Shown piece by piece: positions 50,578 through 63,050 of a stretch of DNA of 64,000 nt (positions within the stretch are counted from its first letter, which is position 1; every line of letters starts with the position of its first letter). The notes under the pieces were generated by a model. It did not search any database and was not told the origin of the DNA. It saw only the letters and a program-made list of their open reading frames with translations. Position numbers and translations under genes: made by a program. The DNA comes from Chiloscyllium plagiosum. Lineage: Eukaryota. Location of the stretch: contig NC_057751.1 in assembly GCF_004010195.1 (NCBI RefSeq), positions 3,195,974 through 3,259,973 on the forward strand. The letters run 5' to 3'.

Positions 50578-51449
50578 AAAGAGGGAATGTTTCCCTGGCT
50601 TGGGGGGAACCCAGAAGAAAGGAATACCAAATTAAAACTCAAGCCAGGCCTTTGGGGGGAAGGGTGTGAAAGCATTTCCTCACCCCATGGGCAGTGGGAA
50701 GATACAAATCTCATCCACCCCACCCTCAAAATAAAACACTTGCGGGCCAATTGAAGATTTCAACACTGAGATTGCTCACTTCTTGTTCAGTAAAATTATG
50801 GATATAAAAGCCAAGGTAGGTGGATGAAATAATAACAGAATTTGGATAACACTCTCCATACACCATGAAACGGGCATGATGGGCTGAATGGCCTGCTTTG
50901 TCACTGGCTGTTCCAGAAATGAACCTTTTCTCTGGCATCTGGGCTTCAGTAACGGAGGTGATTTCAATGATTGGAATATTGACATTGCTCTGTGTGTATA
51001 CGTTGTGGATGAAGGATGAAAGTGTAACCTTCATTTGCCACTTAAAGATCAGCTGTAGTATTGGCCAGGCTTCTCTAATGCCAATCAGATCTTGGTTTCC
51101 ACTTGTTAAAGCAGTCCCGAAGAAAGATTATACCTGAAACGGTGACTTCTGCACCTCCTGATGCTGCCTGGCTTGCTGTGGTCTTCCTGACTGTATCGGC
51201 GCTACCTCGTGCTCCCACGAGGAGGTTGAACAGTTTATCCACTACACCAACTCTTCCAGCCTGTTCACCTTGGATTCCAGCATATGCAGTTTTGTCTGAA
51301 AAGATGGATGCTGATGACGGGCAGGGAGACTGGGCAAGGAATTGAGGCCAGTTATGTTTCATGAAAATGGAGAATATTCATACTTCATTCCCTGGCCATC
51401 CAAGTTGGTCATCACTTGCTGCTGACCTGCTATTAGGAATTGTTGATCT

Positions 51450-51455
51450 TTTATT
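51450..51455 (-). terminator. Candidate LZTS1 polyadenylation signal
   Basis: AATAAA on the minus strand about 400 nt after the stop codon. Confidence 0.35.
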
Positions 51456-51847
51456 CTGAAAGGCTGTGCTGTTTTGGTTAGCCTTTTCCCTCTTCACCAG
51501 CCTTTCAGTGACCCCACCGTTGTCGTGTCACCTTCAGAGAATGTGTTGTGCAGAAGCAGCTAACCAGGAATGGTGAGCGACTGTCGAATTGAGTGTTGAG
51601 AGCTCGCTGTAAACAGGTGAAGGCAGTTTAGCAGCAACCTCAGTCAGTGGTCTCCCACCTTCACAATGACACGTGTCTGTAAACATTGAGAGAGTGCATT
51701 GTCAGGCAGTCATTCTGAAGTCAGCTCAACTGAAGTCAAGTCATATGGCTTCACAGTGTGGAAATTTCTGACCGTGAGCTGGATGAACCTCTGATCCACT
51801 CAGACAGTGGTCAAACCTGAGCCAAGCAGCAAGTTTTCTTACACTTG

Positions 51848-52546
51848 TTACAGGGCAGTGGCGACAATCTCTTGGTAGTGAATGTCAGTGCTCTGCTTTT
51901 CACTGCCCCTAAGATTGCTCACCTTCAGCTCAGTGGAAAGCTGTTGGATGACTGTCTGCAGGCTCTGGTTCTGATGCAGCACCTCAGTGTAACTCTGCTG
52001 GAGCTGTTTCTGATACTCTATCACTTGTTGCTTCTCCAGTTGCCACACGAGGCGCTCCTGGCGAAAGTTGCAGGAGAGCTCCCAGTTGGATTTCTTCTCC
52101 TGCTCCAGCTGGGCCTGTAAGCTTGCCAGCTCCTCTCGCAGAGCCACAGAGTCTTGCTCAGGCTTGCGTCGGGCCGGCTCCCTGCAGCCGCCGTGGCAGG
52201 CAGTGGGATCAGCCTGTGTCGCGTGGATGTCCAGCTCTTTGCAGCCAGCCAGCTTGTGCTTCAGCTGCAGGATCTGGCCGTCCTGCAGGCCCACCTTTTC
52301 CCTCAGCAGGTCAGCTGCGTTCTTCATACGCTGCCTCTCGTTTTCACACACCTCCAGCTCTCTGTCCCTGGCTTGCAGGCGGTTCTGCAGCTCCTCTACT
52401 GCCTGCTCTTGAGCAGATAGCTTTCCTTTGGCTTCTCTCAGCTGGCTCTTCAATGACAAGAGCTCACTGCTCTTCTGCATCAACTCAGCTTGCGAGTCTT
52501 TCAGCTGCTGTTTCAGCAGTGAGATCTCCCCTGACTTCTGGCAAAC
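51848..52546 (-). CDS. LZTS1: Leucine zipper putative tumor suppressor 1-like, last coding exon (Fez1 domain)
   Basis: tttcAG acceptor. Encodes VCQKSGEISLLKQQLKDSQ...WQLEKQQVIEYQKQLQQSY...DIHYQEIVATAL-stop; the C-terminus resembles LZTS1 (DIPYEDIIATEI, from recall). Confidence 0.9.
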   Translation of the reverse strand, partial: VCQKSGEISLLKQQLKDSQAELMQKSSELLSLKSQLREAKGKLSAQEQAVEELQNRLQARDRELEVCENERQRMKNAADLLREKVGLQDGQILQLKHKLAGCKELDIHATQADPTACHGGCREPARRKPEQDSVALREELASLQAQLEQEKKSNWELSCNFRQERLVWQLEKQQVIEYQKQLQQSYTEVLHQNQSLQTVIQQLSTELKVSNLRGSEKQSTDIHYQEIVATAL

Positions 52547-55096
52547 CTGAAACAGCAATGTTGCAGAAGCTGCTGTCAGTGCAGTGCATTATTCACATGG
52601 AACACCAACAAAACCTCCATTTATTCTGTCTCTTGAAGGCAGTATACGATCCCTACCGCCTGACGGAAGGAAACGCCATGATAGACAAGAACATGGTCAA
52701 AAGGCTCGTATCAAAATCAATATCTTCAAGCAGGAGAGGGCGGGGACTTTGGAGGAAACAGTGAAAATAGCACACTCCTGGGTGGAAATGGAGAAGTCTT
52801 TGGAGCCCTCCCACCAAATGGAAGCTAGGTACAAGTGCTAAGAAAGATTGGCTCTGCCTGCTGACAATATCACAGCAACAAACTCAAATCCAGATAATGC
52901 ATTTCACAGCAATAGGAAACATATCACTGTGGTTCCTCCAACTCCAAATCTCCCATTCTTCTCACAAGCAACTCAAACCATTTTGTTATAAAGCAGCTTT
53001 ACATTTAATATTGCTTGAAGGATTTTAATACCCCTTTCCCCAACTCCTGCAAACTTAGTTCAAGTTCTGTGAAAATGCCTGGACTGGTTTTTTAAAAATG
53101 CTTTAACAAGATTTCCTTGCAATCACATAATGAGGGATGACTGCTTCCTTGTCTGGTGAGGAGAATGTTTCATTTGGTTTAGATACTGTTTAATTGGTCA
53201 TCGGAAAAATATTCCTTTATGATGTGACCTGTGGAGTCAGTGGGCTGAGAGAAACAGTGAATTGCTCGATCCTCCATCTGAACAAAACAAACTCTCATGT
53301 CACTGCCTTGTTTTTCTGAACAATGAGCAGCTTGGAGAGGTTTTTATTGAGTTGGAGGCAAGCCTCCTAAGAATGAGCTTCCCAGCTGATCTCTCCAAGT
53401 TCAGAAGAGAAAATCCTCTCCATCAATTCAGGGTGAAAGCACTTGATTCTTTTCATAGACCATCTCAAGATTTTATTTCCGAGCAACTGTGCCTGCAAGA
53501 CTTGAGAGACAATTGGTGACTTCACAATACGATGATGATGTCTAAAAGATGTTTGGATAAGTACTGGATAGGAAATGTTTGGAGGGATATGGGCCAGGAG
53601 CAGGCAGGTGAGACGAGGTGAGTTTGGGATTATGGTCAGCATGGACAGGTAGGACCGAAGGGTCTGTTTCTGTGCTGTTAGACTGTGTGCCAAGACTGTA
53701 CATCAAGAGGAACAGATTACAGTGCATCCTACACTTCAACCTTTTGCCTTTAAGAATAATTCAATGTTTTATTTCAGGCCAACACCAGCAGATAAATCTG
53801 TTTATTGTTTCTCTTTGCTGAAGAAGTTGTGTGTGTCTGTCTGTCTGTTTTGGGGATATTTATAGAGATGAGAATTAATACCATCACATGACTGACTGAC
53901 TGTGTACATTAACTAACTTTTACATCTTTGTCGGAGAAGTTTTGTGTTGACATCAGAGACTCGGTAATAGATCTTGTTATTTCAAACCTGGTTTCATTGA
54001 GGTTTTAATTGGTCATCTTGGTAACAGGAAAAACATTTTTATTTTACACTGTGACCTATGGAGTTGTGGGACCAGAGAGACTGTGTACATCTCAAACCTC
54101 AGTCTAAAAAAGCACACTCACAAGTGACTGTGTCAAAAACTAAACTGGGTGAGTTTGAACTGTCAATATTCAGTCCTGCTTGAAACACAAGAGAGACAGT
54201 AAAACACTTAAATAGTCTCAAGTGCAGATATATGTAAGAGTGTCAAGTGTGTGGACAGTGTTTTAGCCATTTATAGAGCCGTGTTTTACCTTACAGTGAT
54301 GTGAAAGAGCTTGCCACTAAATTCCAATGATGCTTTCCAGTTTGTTTATTCTGCTGAAGGTTTTCAAGAGAATTCTTGAGTTTGAAATGTACTCAACACA
54401 CATGGTCCCTGTCTCTCAGAAGATTGGGACAACAATGAATGTCCTCAGAATTGTTGTGGCTTTCCCTCTCCGGTCAGTCTGAGAGTCTGTTACAGTCGCT
54501 GTAATATTGTAGCCTTCCCAGCGTTGGGAATACTGGTGTACCTTTTGATCAAGAGTGGGAGGGTGATTGAGAAACAAAGTAGGCTTGTTACAAACTGTAC
54601 AGAGCCACAGCTGGAGTACTGTGTGCAAGTATGGTCTCCTTCATTAAGGAAGCCCACATTGCCAGTTCAATTGGCTTTTTCCTAAAAGGAAGCCATTATT
54701 TTCTTGAGGGAAGGATTAACCAGGTTGGGCTGATACTCCTTGGACTGAGAGGTGATCTCATTGAAACTTGACAGGGTGGATACCAAGAGGATGTTTCCCC
54801 TTTGGGGAGAGTTTAAATTAAGGAGCACCGTTTAAAGACGGGGATGAGGAGGATTTGTTTTCTCTCAGAGGATTATGGGTCTTTTCCCCAGAGACAGCTG
54901 GAAGTTGGGTCATTGAATATATTCAAGGCTGAGTTTGAGACATTTTCAGTTGAAAGGAGTCCAGGGTTGTTGGGAGCAGACAGGAAAATGGACTTGAGAT
55001 AAGAATGAGATTAGCTGTCAATGTATTGGATAGCAGAGTGGGCTTGAGGGGCTGAATGGCTGACTCCTTCTCCAATTCACTAGTATTATGACCTAC

Positions 55097-55807
55097 CTCC
55101 CATTTTGTTTCTTCCAGTTTTGGAGCAAGTTCAGTTTGTTCCCTTTGGTAGGCTTTGCATTTGGCGTTGAGGCTGTCATGCTCCCGCAGGAGTTGTGTGA
55201 AGTCTTCCTGAAGTTTGGCCTTGTCTTGCTGGAGTTGGCTGAGCTGGAGCAGGACCAGCTGGTGTTGGTTCCTTGGTGCCTTTGTTTTGGTGTCGCCTGA
55301 CTGCGTCAGGCTGGTTACCTCCTGTTTGTCCTGGTCCAGTCTGAGGACAGCAGTTGCCTTCACATCCTGAGCTTCCCATCCAGCTTCTTTCTGGGGCTGG
55401 GGAAGGTTTGTGCTGTGGCTGGCCCGCCACTCCCTGCTCTCAGGGGTAGATGTGCTACAGCTTCCAGTGTTCAAGATGCTGTCCAGAGACCCCGCTCCCT
55501 GACTGATGTGATGCGCTGAGCCTCCAAACCTGCTGAGAAGGTTTGCTGTACTAACTGGCTCTGTGCTTGGAGTGGGCAGGCTAGACATGGAATTTCGACC
55601 CGAGTCTGACAGGGTACCAGAATGGTTTGTGTGTTTCTGCTTGTGAGCGTCATGCACCTCTGAATGCTTCGTTACCTTCGATAGATTGCCCTGAAATTCT
55701 CCCTTTTGATTTGCCAGCTTTCCTGAGATACAGTTCACATCGGCGTTGCCATTCCTGGGTGCCATCACCTTTAGCACTGTTGGCCTCACAATGTTCTTTC
55801 CTGTACT
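55097..55807 (-). CDS. LZTS1: LZTS1-like, middle coding exon
   Basis: TCTTCTCTTTCGGTAG acceptor and GTAGGT donor; 711 nt, phase 0-0. Encodes VRPT, LSDSGRNSMSSLPT, SRFGGSAH and LEETKWE. Confidence 0.9.
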
Positions 55808-58096
55808 CTACCGAAAGAGAAGAAGACATAGTTAATCTCTCTTGTCTTGTATTGATGATAGGTTTCATCCACTTAACGGCCACTTTCTGCCCACTCCCTG
55901 ACCAGCCCACACTCAGAGGATTTACGCATAGGAAAATGGGCTGACACTGAAATGAGTTGTGGAGAGAATGGGGCAGTACAGGAGATTTCCCGCAGAAATT
56001 CCAGTGAAAGGTTACAAGTGGCCATTCATCCCATTTCCCTGGAGTTTCTACAGGTTGGTGAGGGTCAGGAACTCCTGTGCTTTTGGATGCAGTAACCTTG
56101 AAAACAAACCAAGTCTCTTCCAACAGCTCCTTCCAATCTCATGGCCACAGCCACTGAGTAAGACAATGGCAGCACTACCTGCAACTTCCTTTCCAAGCAC
56201 ATACCATCCTGACTTGGAAACATATCACTGTTCCTTCAATGTCGCTGGGACAAAGCCCTGGAATTCCCTCCCTCAGGTCATTGTGGGTGTCCCTACATCA
56301 CAAGGACTGCTGCGGTTCAAGAAGGCAGCTGATTACCCTCTTCACCAGGACAACTCGAGATAGATAATAAATACTGGCCCAGCCAGCAGCACCTACATCC
56401 CAAAAGCAGTGTGGGCCAGGGATCCCACACAATGCTCTCAGACTGTGATGCACAGGTCCTGTTTCCTGAGCAACAAAGGTTCTGATGAAGGGTTACCAGA
56501 CTCAAAACATCAACTCTGTGTTCTTCCCACAAATGGTGCTGAGTTTCTCATCAATAGCAGCTCATTGATATGGGATCTTACTGAGTGAAAACTGACCATC
56601 CTTTTTTCGGAAAATCACCAGTGCCTTCCAAAATTAATTTCTTCAGTTTGACAGCCGAATGACCATGTTGTGCCCAGTAACACTCTGAGTTCCTACCTGA
56701 AATCTAACAGCAATTTCAATAAATCTTGCTGGCTTGTCCTGAACACCAGACCGTGTGAGAACAGTACGTCCCATCCTTCAGGTGGAAGGGAATGGGCAGC
56801 TAACATGAACCATACCCTTGTTTCACATCTCCCAGGAAGAAGCCATGTCTGGTCAGCTCTACAGATGTGCATTGGATCTGGACCAATGCAATCTTTTGAT
56901 CTCAGTGGATGCATGAGAGCAAAGGGACAAAGGTTCAAGCCAGTAAATATAAATCCTAATGTTTTTGATAGATCCCTACAGGATGTCGGTGTTACTGGCT
57001 GTTGAACATTCACTGACTTTGAGAAGGTGGTGAGCTACCTTGGTGAGCATTGCAACGTAGGCCCACAACGATGTTAGGAATGGAGCTGCTGGGTTTGGAC
57101 TCAGCAACACTGAAGGAACAGCGATATGTTTCCAAGTCAGGATATTGATAAGTTTGTAGGAGCGCATGCAGTTAGTGTTCCCCATTAACTCCTGCCCTTG
57201 TCTCCTGAATGACCAGGTTTGTGAGCTTGAAGATAGTATTGGGGGGGGAACCATGATGAGTTGCAGCATTGCATCTTGTAGATGGTACGTCCTGCTGCTA
57301 CTGTATGTCCGTGGTGGAGGGATTGCATGTTGAAGGTGGTGGATGGGTTGTCAATCAAGTGGGCTGCTTTGTCCAGGATGGTGTCAGGTTTCTTGAGTTG
57401 TCAGAAATGCACCCATCCAGGCAACTGTGGAGTGTCCCATCACATTCCTGAGTTTTGCCTTGTAGATGGTGAACAGGATTTAGGGAGTTGGGAGGTGTGC
57501 TGCAGGATTCCTGGTCTGTGACCTACCTGAAAATATTCTTCATGCAACGAGTGATGCATCATTAAATTCTACTTGAAAGGTGTGGAAGGTTGATAACCTC
57601 AAATAGGATGACTGAGAGAAAGAATTGTAATCTGAGGAGGTAAAGCAGGTTGGGCTGAAAGGCCTGTGGCAATTCTCTGAACTCAACAGAGCAATAAGGA
57701 GATAGCAGGATTGTTCTGATGAGGTTCATTAACCGTAAGACGTGTTAGCCAAGCACCTGATCAAAGTCCAAAGTGAGCTCATTGATAGGAAAGTCTGCCA
57801 TTTCCACCTGTTTGCACCAAACTACTTCAGGTTATCAAAATGTAGGACCTTGTAGCTTTCTCACACATGTGAGCTACTGATCTTTCAGGTGAAGTTGGTA
57901 TTGGTGTCCTCAGTGTCCCCTCCTTACAATCTTGTTTGTTGTGAAACTGTTCGAGGAGAAACAGAGGTCTGCAGATGTTGGAGATCAGAGCTGAAAATGT
58001 GTTGCTGGAAAAGCGCGCTACTGATCTTTCAGGTGAAGTTGGTATTGGTGTCCTCAGTGTCCCCTCCTTACAATCTTGTTTGTTGTGAAACTGTTC

Positions 58097-58317
58097 GAGG
58101 AGAAAGTGAGGTCTGCAGATGCTGGAGATCAGAGCTGAAAATGTGTTGCTGGAAAAGCGCAGCAGCTCAGCCAGCATCCAAGGAACAGGAGAATCGATGT
58201 TTCGGGCATAAGACATTTCAGGGATTCCTGAAGAAGGGCTTATGCCCGAAACGTTGATTCTCCTGTTCCTTGGATGCTGCCTGACCTGCTGCGCTTTTCC
58301 AGCAACACATTTTCAGC
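58097..58317. mobile_element. Palindromic Penelope-derived element with a hammerhead-like core
   Basis: About 58129-58318 folds as a long near-perfect hairpin. CTGAAGA...GAAAC at 58228-58252. 16-bp TSD TGTTGTGAAACTGTTC (58081-58096 and 58318-58333). Confidence 0.8.
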
Positions 58318-58578
58318 TGTTGTGAAACTGTTCTCTGGCTGTACAGGTGTGTCCTGACATTCAGATCAATCAATCACAACCTTCAACATTGCACCTAAAA
58401 TTACACTCAACTGGACCCTGCCATTTCCACTGAAATTCTGTCCCTGTTCCTGAGGAACTTGTACCTGGTGCTGTTGTGATTGACATAGACACTCATTTCA
58501 TGATCACCTTTCCTGACTGGGATCTCCCAGGGCACTTTGCAAGCCCGGTCACTGTCCTGGGTGAGACAGGGCACTCAC

Positions 58579-58935
58579 CTTGTCAAGTTGGCCAGAGAAT
58601 GGTACCAGTGTGGGTGGTGGCTCTTGCACATCCATGCTGACCGGTCCACCTTTCTGAGGCTTGACTTGGACAGTGCACTTCTTCAGCTTGCCTGTGTTGG
58701 TCAGCCCATTGGTTTTGCTGATACTGATGTAGAAGAAGTCCTCTGTTTTCTCGCACTCAGAGTTTGCTTTGGAGCCTTTGTTGCTTGCTTGGTGGCTGGT
58801 GTCAAACCTCAGCAGGCCATCTTGTTGCCTGAGGAGCTTGTGGAGGTGGGTAGCCTTGATGTTCCCATACTCCAAGGCTTTGCACTGTTTCCCTTGGAGA
58901 TTCTGGCCTGAAATGAGGCTGCTCACACTCCCCAT
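58579..58935 (-). CDS. LZTS1: LZTS1-like, first coding exon
   Basis: Encodes MGSVSSLISG...DGLLRF...EDFFYI...PPTLVPFSGQLDK; GTGAGT donor. Probable exon acceptor upstream at 59077-59078. Confidence 0.9.
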
Positions 58936-59504
58936 GTTGCTTTCGGCAGGCCAGCTAGGAAACACTGAGGCAAGCTGCGAGTTATTCACCTGAGACGGAA
59001 GCTTGATTTGGACGTGTATGGCATCTCCAGTTGCCATAGCAAGTCCAATTCAACAATTTAACTCCATGGTGTTGACCTGCAAGACAAGATTGGAAAGAGA
59101 AGGAGAATCTAATTAATTAATTGTCAGCAATGAACCAATCAAGAAAGTCTTTTTGTTAATATTGTGCCTCTCACAACTACAGGATGTCCCAGTATGTTTC
59201 CCATCTCGGGGAATTCTTTTTGAACATTATAATCAGATTGCTGGCAACCGATCTAATGCACAGAAACCTCCCAGCAACAACAATGTGGTCATGTGATCAC
59301 CTTTTCTTGTGCTCTTGTTTAGGGGATAGAAATTGGTCAAGGTGTTGGGGAAACCCATCCGCTTTTGTCTGGACTGGAAATTGTGGGATCTTCTCTGGCC
59401 ACTTAAGGGTGACAGACCATGAATCGTTTTAATTATGGCACTTGTGACAGCACAGCACCCTCTCGAGTGTCGACCTAGAATTCTGAGCCAAAAACCACAG
59501 CACA

Positions 59505-60415
59505 TCTATTCGATGGCCTGGTCTCCACAGCCCTTGTATCAATGAGTTCCATAGATTCACCACCCTCTGGCTGAAAAGGTTTCCCCTCAAGTCACTTCTA
59601 AAGGGTTGTCCCTTCACTCTGAGGCTGTGCCCTTGAGTCCTCATCTCTCTGACCAGTGGAAACATCTTCTCCACGTCCACACGATCAACAGGCCCCTCAA
59701 TATTCTCCAAGTTTCAATCAGCGTCCCCCTCAACCTCCTAAACTCCATGGAATGTAGACCCAGAGTCCTCAACTGCCCGTCATATGACATACCTTTCATT
59801 CCCAGGATTGTGCTTGTAAACCTCCAATAGACCCCCTCCAAGACAGCACATCCTTCCTTCGATATGGAGCTCAAAAGTATTCCAGACCCTTATGCAACCT
59901 TAACAACACACTTTTGCATTCTCAACCACTTGAAATGAATGCTAACATTGCATGTGCTTTCCTAACTGCTAACAGAACCTGCATGTTCACCCTGAAGAGA
60001 ATCCTGAAACAGGACTCCCAAGAACAGTACTTGAGATTTCCCCATTTAGAAAATAATCTCTCCCTCTATTCTTCTGACCAAACGTGCAAACCTCTGACTT
60101 TCCCACATTATATTCCCTGCACCACTTTTTTGGCCCTCACCTAACCTGTCCAAGACCTTCTGCAGCCTCCCCATTTCCTCAACAGCATCTATCCTTCCAC
60201 CTATCTTTGTGTCATCTGCAAACTAAGCAGCAGTGCTCTCGATTCCTTCGCCCACATAATGAATGTATAACGTAATCATTGTAGTCCCAACAGTGAACTC
60301 TGTGCAACTCCATGGTCTGCGATCCTGAGAAAGACCTCCTTTTATCCCCACTCTCTGCCTTCTGCCAGTCAGCCAATCCTCTCTCTGTACCAGTACGCTG
60401 CCCCTCACACCATCT
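59505..60415 (-). mobile_element. CR1 LINE fragment
   Basis: LGLHSMEFRRLRGTLIETW, FSQRVVNLWNSL and DWLTGRRQRVGI motifs. Confidence 0.8.
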
Positions 60416-62018
60416 TATGAAGTAGCGATTTAAAGCAGGGAGTGGGAATTGATCCAAAGAAACATGAATGTAAGATGGACTGAGATTTCATGCAGGCTTT
60501 CTGACGTGCAGAAGGCCTGACTACACACAGCACCAGGACACCTCCAGAGACAATCTGCAGGACTGGAATGGGAAATGAGAGCACTCACTGCTGCTTCACA
60601 GGATCAAATTGATTAAAGTGACATCGAAGCAATTTGAAAAAAAAATCATTCATATCTCAAGGGATAAGATTCCTGAATCACTCCCACTCTCAGATACAGA
60701 CCTTGATGAAGATGATTAATTAAATGGCCAAATTACAATTTCATGTCGTAAATATTGCTGGCAGAATTGAATGTACAATAATCTATCCCTATAATTGTCT
60801 CACAGGGCTATGAGTGTTTACTCTCCAGGATTCGCTGGGGTGTAGTGGTTGCAAATGTCTTATTTATGTTTGTGGATGGCATTTTGGGAATCTTATTTGC
60901 CCTGTCTTAACCAGCCACTTCCTAGGTGAAGAATGTATACTTTAATCATCTGTTTGAAAATGTTCTCACAGACAATTCACATCACACAGAGTGCTCACAG
61001 TTCAAGCTGATAATTATTGGGGTGGGTAGGAGTAAAAATAATTGCAGTAAGACTGTCTGTAATCAGCAGCACAAGATGTGTGTTGGAGCTCTGCAGATAT
61101 TGTCAGTTTAATGTGATATGGGCTTGGCAAATCTGTTTGGGGGCATTCCTGGAGAAATCATCTCACATACGCACACCTCACTGGTCTATTCTCCGAATGG
61201 GCACTTGAGAAAGGAACAGTCTTCTACTGACTTCATCAGTTGACCTTGAAGCAAGTAATTTCTCTGTCACTGATATCACTCAATGGAAGTGTTCAGAGGA
61301 AATGAAAGGTTTTTTTTTTAAAGACCAGATCTTCCCTGTGTTTTTTCTGCAGCGAGTATGATTAACTCCTCATTCCTGGGAACTGCTCTCACTACCTGGG
61401 AACTTACTGTAGAAGAATTGTGTGGACCTGTCTGAGTCGGAAAGAGACAGGAGATGCTGGAGAAACAGAGTGAATGTTGCCAGTCTGATATAACATCTTT
61501 ACAACTGCAGAGGACTGGGAAAAGACAGGTTTCACTCGACAGAAAAGGAGGAAGGAGGAGCTGGGATAGATGGCCCAGAGTGAAAAACAAACACAAAGGC
61601 AGGATTCAAGATAATAAGGAAGAGATATAGCTGAAGAGTAGGTGTTAATGGCAAGGGTTACCAGCAACAAGTAGGTCAGCGCGACCGAGAACAATGCTGT
61701 ACAATGAGACACAGGTTCTTGGAGGTGAAGAGTATCTTCAAAGTGGAGGACAGTGTTCATGGTCTGAAGCTGCTGGAGTCGGTGCTGAGTCTGGAAGGCT
61801 GCAAATTGCTGGAACAGTAAATGAGAGGCATTTTCTCCAGCTTGCAGTGGGCTTTGCTGGAGAATAGAGGCATACCTCAGACAGAAATGCTGGCACAACC
61901 AGAGGATATGTATTCAAATGACCAGTGACGAGAAACTCGCTCATTCCTGCAGAACAGAGGAGAGGTGTTCCGCAAAGGGGTCGCCTAGTCTGTGTTTGGT
62001 CTTGTCAGTGTACAGGAG

Positions 62019-62203
62019 CTGAAAATGTGTTGCTGGAAAAGCGCAGCAGGTCAGGCAGCATCCAAGGAGCAGGAGAATCGATGTTTAGGGCATGAGCCCT
62101 TCTTCAGATTCTCCCGCTCCTTGGATGCTGCCTGACCTACTGCGCTTTTCCAGCAACACATTTTCAGCTCTGATCTCCAGCATCTGCAGCCCTCACTTTC
62201 TCC
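62019..62203. mobile_element. Palindromic Penelope-derived element
   Basis: Inverted arms AGCTGAAAATGTGTTGCTGGAAAAGCGCAG and CTGCGCTTTTCCAGCAACACATTTTCAGCT. 14-bp TSD TCAGTGTACAGGAG (62005-62018 and 62204-62217). Confidence 0.8.
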
Positions 62204-62524
62204 TCAGTGTACAGGAGACCACATTGTAAGATGGGTAGATACATAGTCTAAGCAGATTACTGCTACCCCTCGAAGGTGTGTCTGGGGCTTCAGACAGTGA
62301 GAAGGGAGGAGGGGGAGGAGTCAGTGTGTTCAATGGGCAAACGTGAAACATCTCAGGTGACCTGTGACAACAGACCAACATTCATCCCTCCCTACTGTCA
62401 AATCATGACCTGATAATGACTTCAGTTCTGTGCAGGATATTGCTGTGCAGAGGTTAGCTGCAAATCACTGGACTGATTCCACTTCAGTAATACTGAATTG
62501 GCAGTGAAGTGCTTTGTAAGTATT

Positions 62525-63050
62525 TTAGAGTCACAGAGGTGTACAGCATTGAAACAGACCCTTTGTTCCAACTTGTCCATGCTGACCAGATATCCCAACC
62601 CAATCTAGTCCTATTTGCCAGCACCCGGCCCATATCCCTCCAAACCCTTCCTATTCATATACCCATCCAAATGCCTCTTAAATGTTGCAATTGTACCAGC
62701 CTCCACCACTTCCTCTAGCAGCTCATTCCATATAAGTACCATCCTCTGTGTGAAAAAGTTGCCCCTTAGGTCCCTTTTATATCTTTTCCCCTCTCACCCT
62801 AAACCTATGCCGTCTAGTTTTGGACTCCCCTAACCTGGGGTAAAGGCTATTCACTGCATCCATGCGCCTCATGATTTTATAAACATCTATAAGGTCACCC
62901 TGCAGCTGCCCACGCACTGGTCAAAATAGCCCAAGCCCCTGTAGCTCAAACCCTCCGACCCTGGCAACATCCTTGTAAATCTTTCCTGCATCCTTTCAAG
63001 TTTATCAGTGTCTTTCGTGTGTGCGGGAGACCAGAATTGAACACGGTAAT
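62525..63050 (-). mobile_element. CR1 LINE 3' fragment
   Basis: Reverse homology to 28100-28440. Confidence 0.8.
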
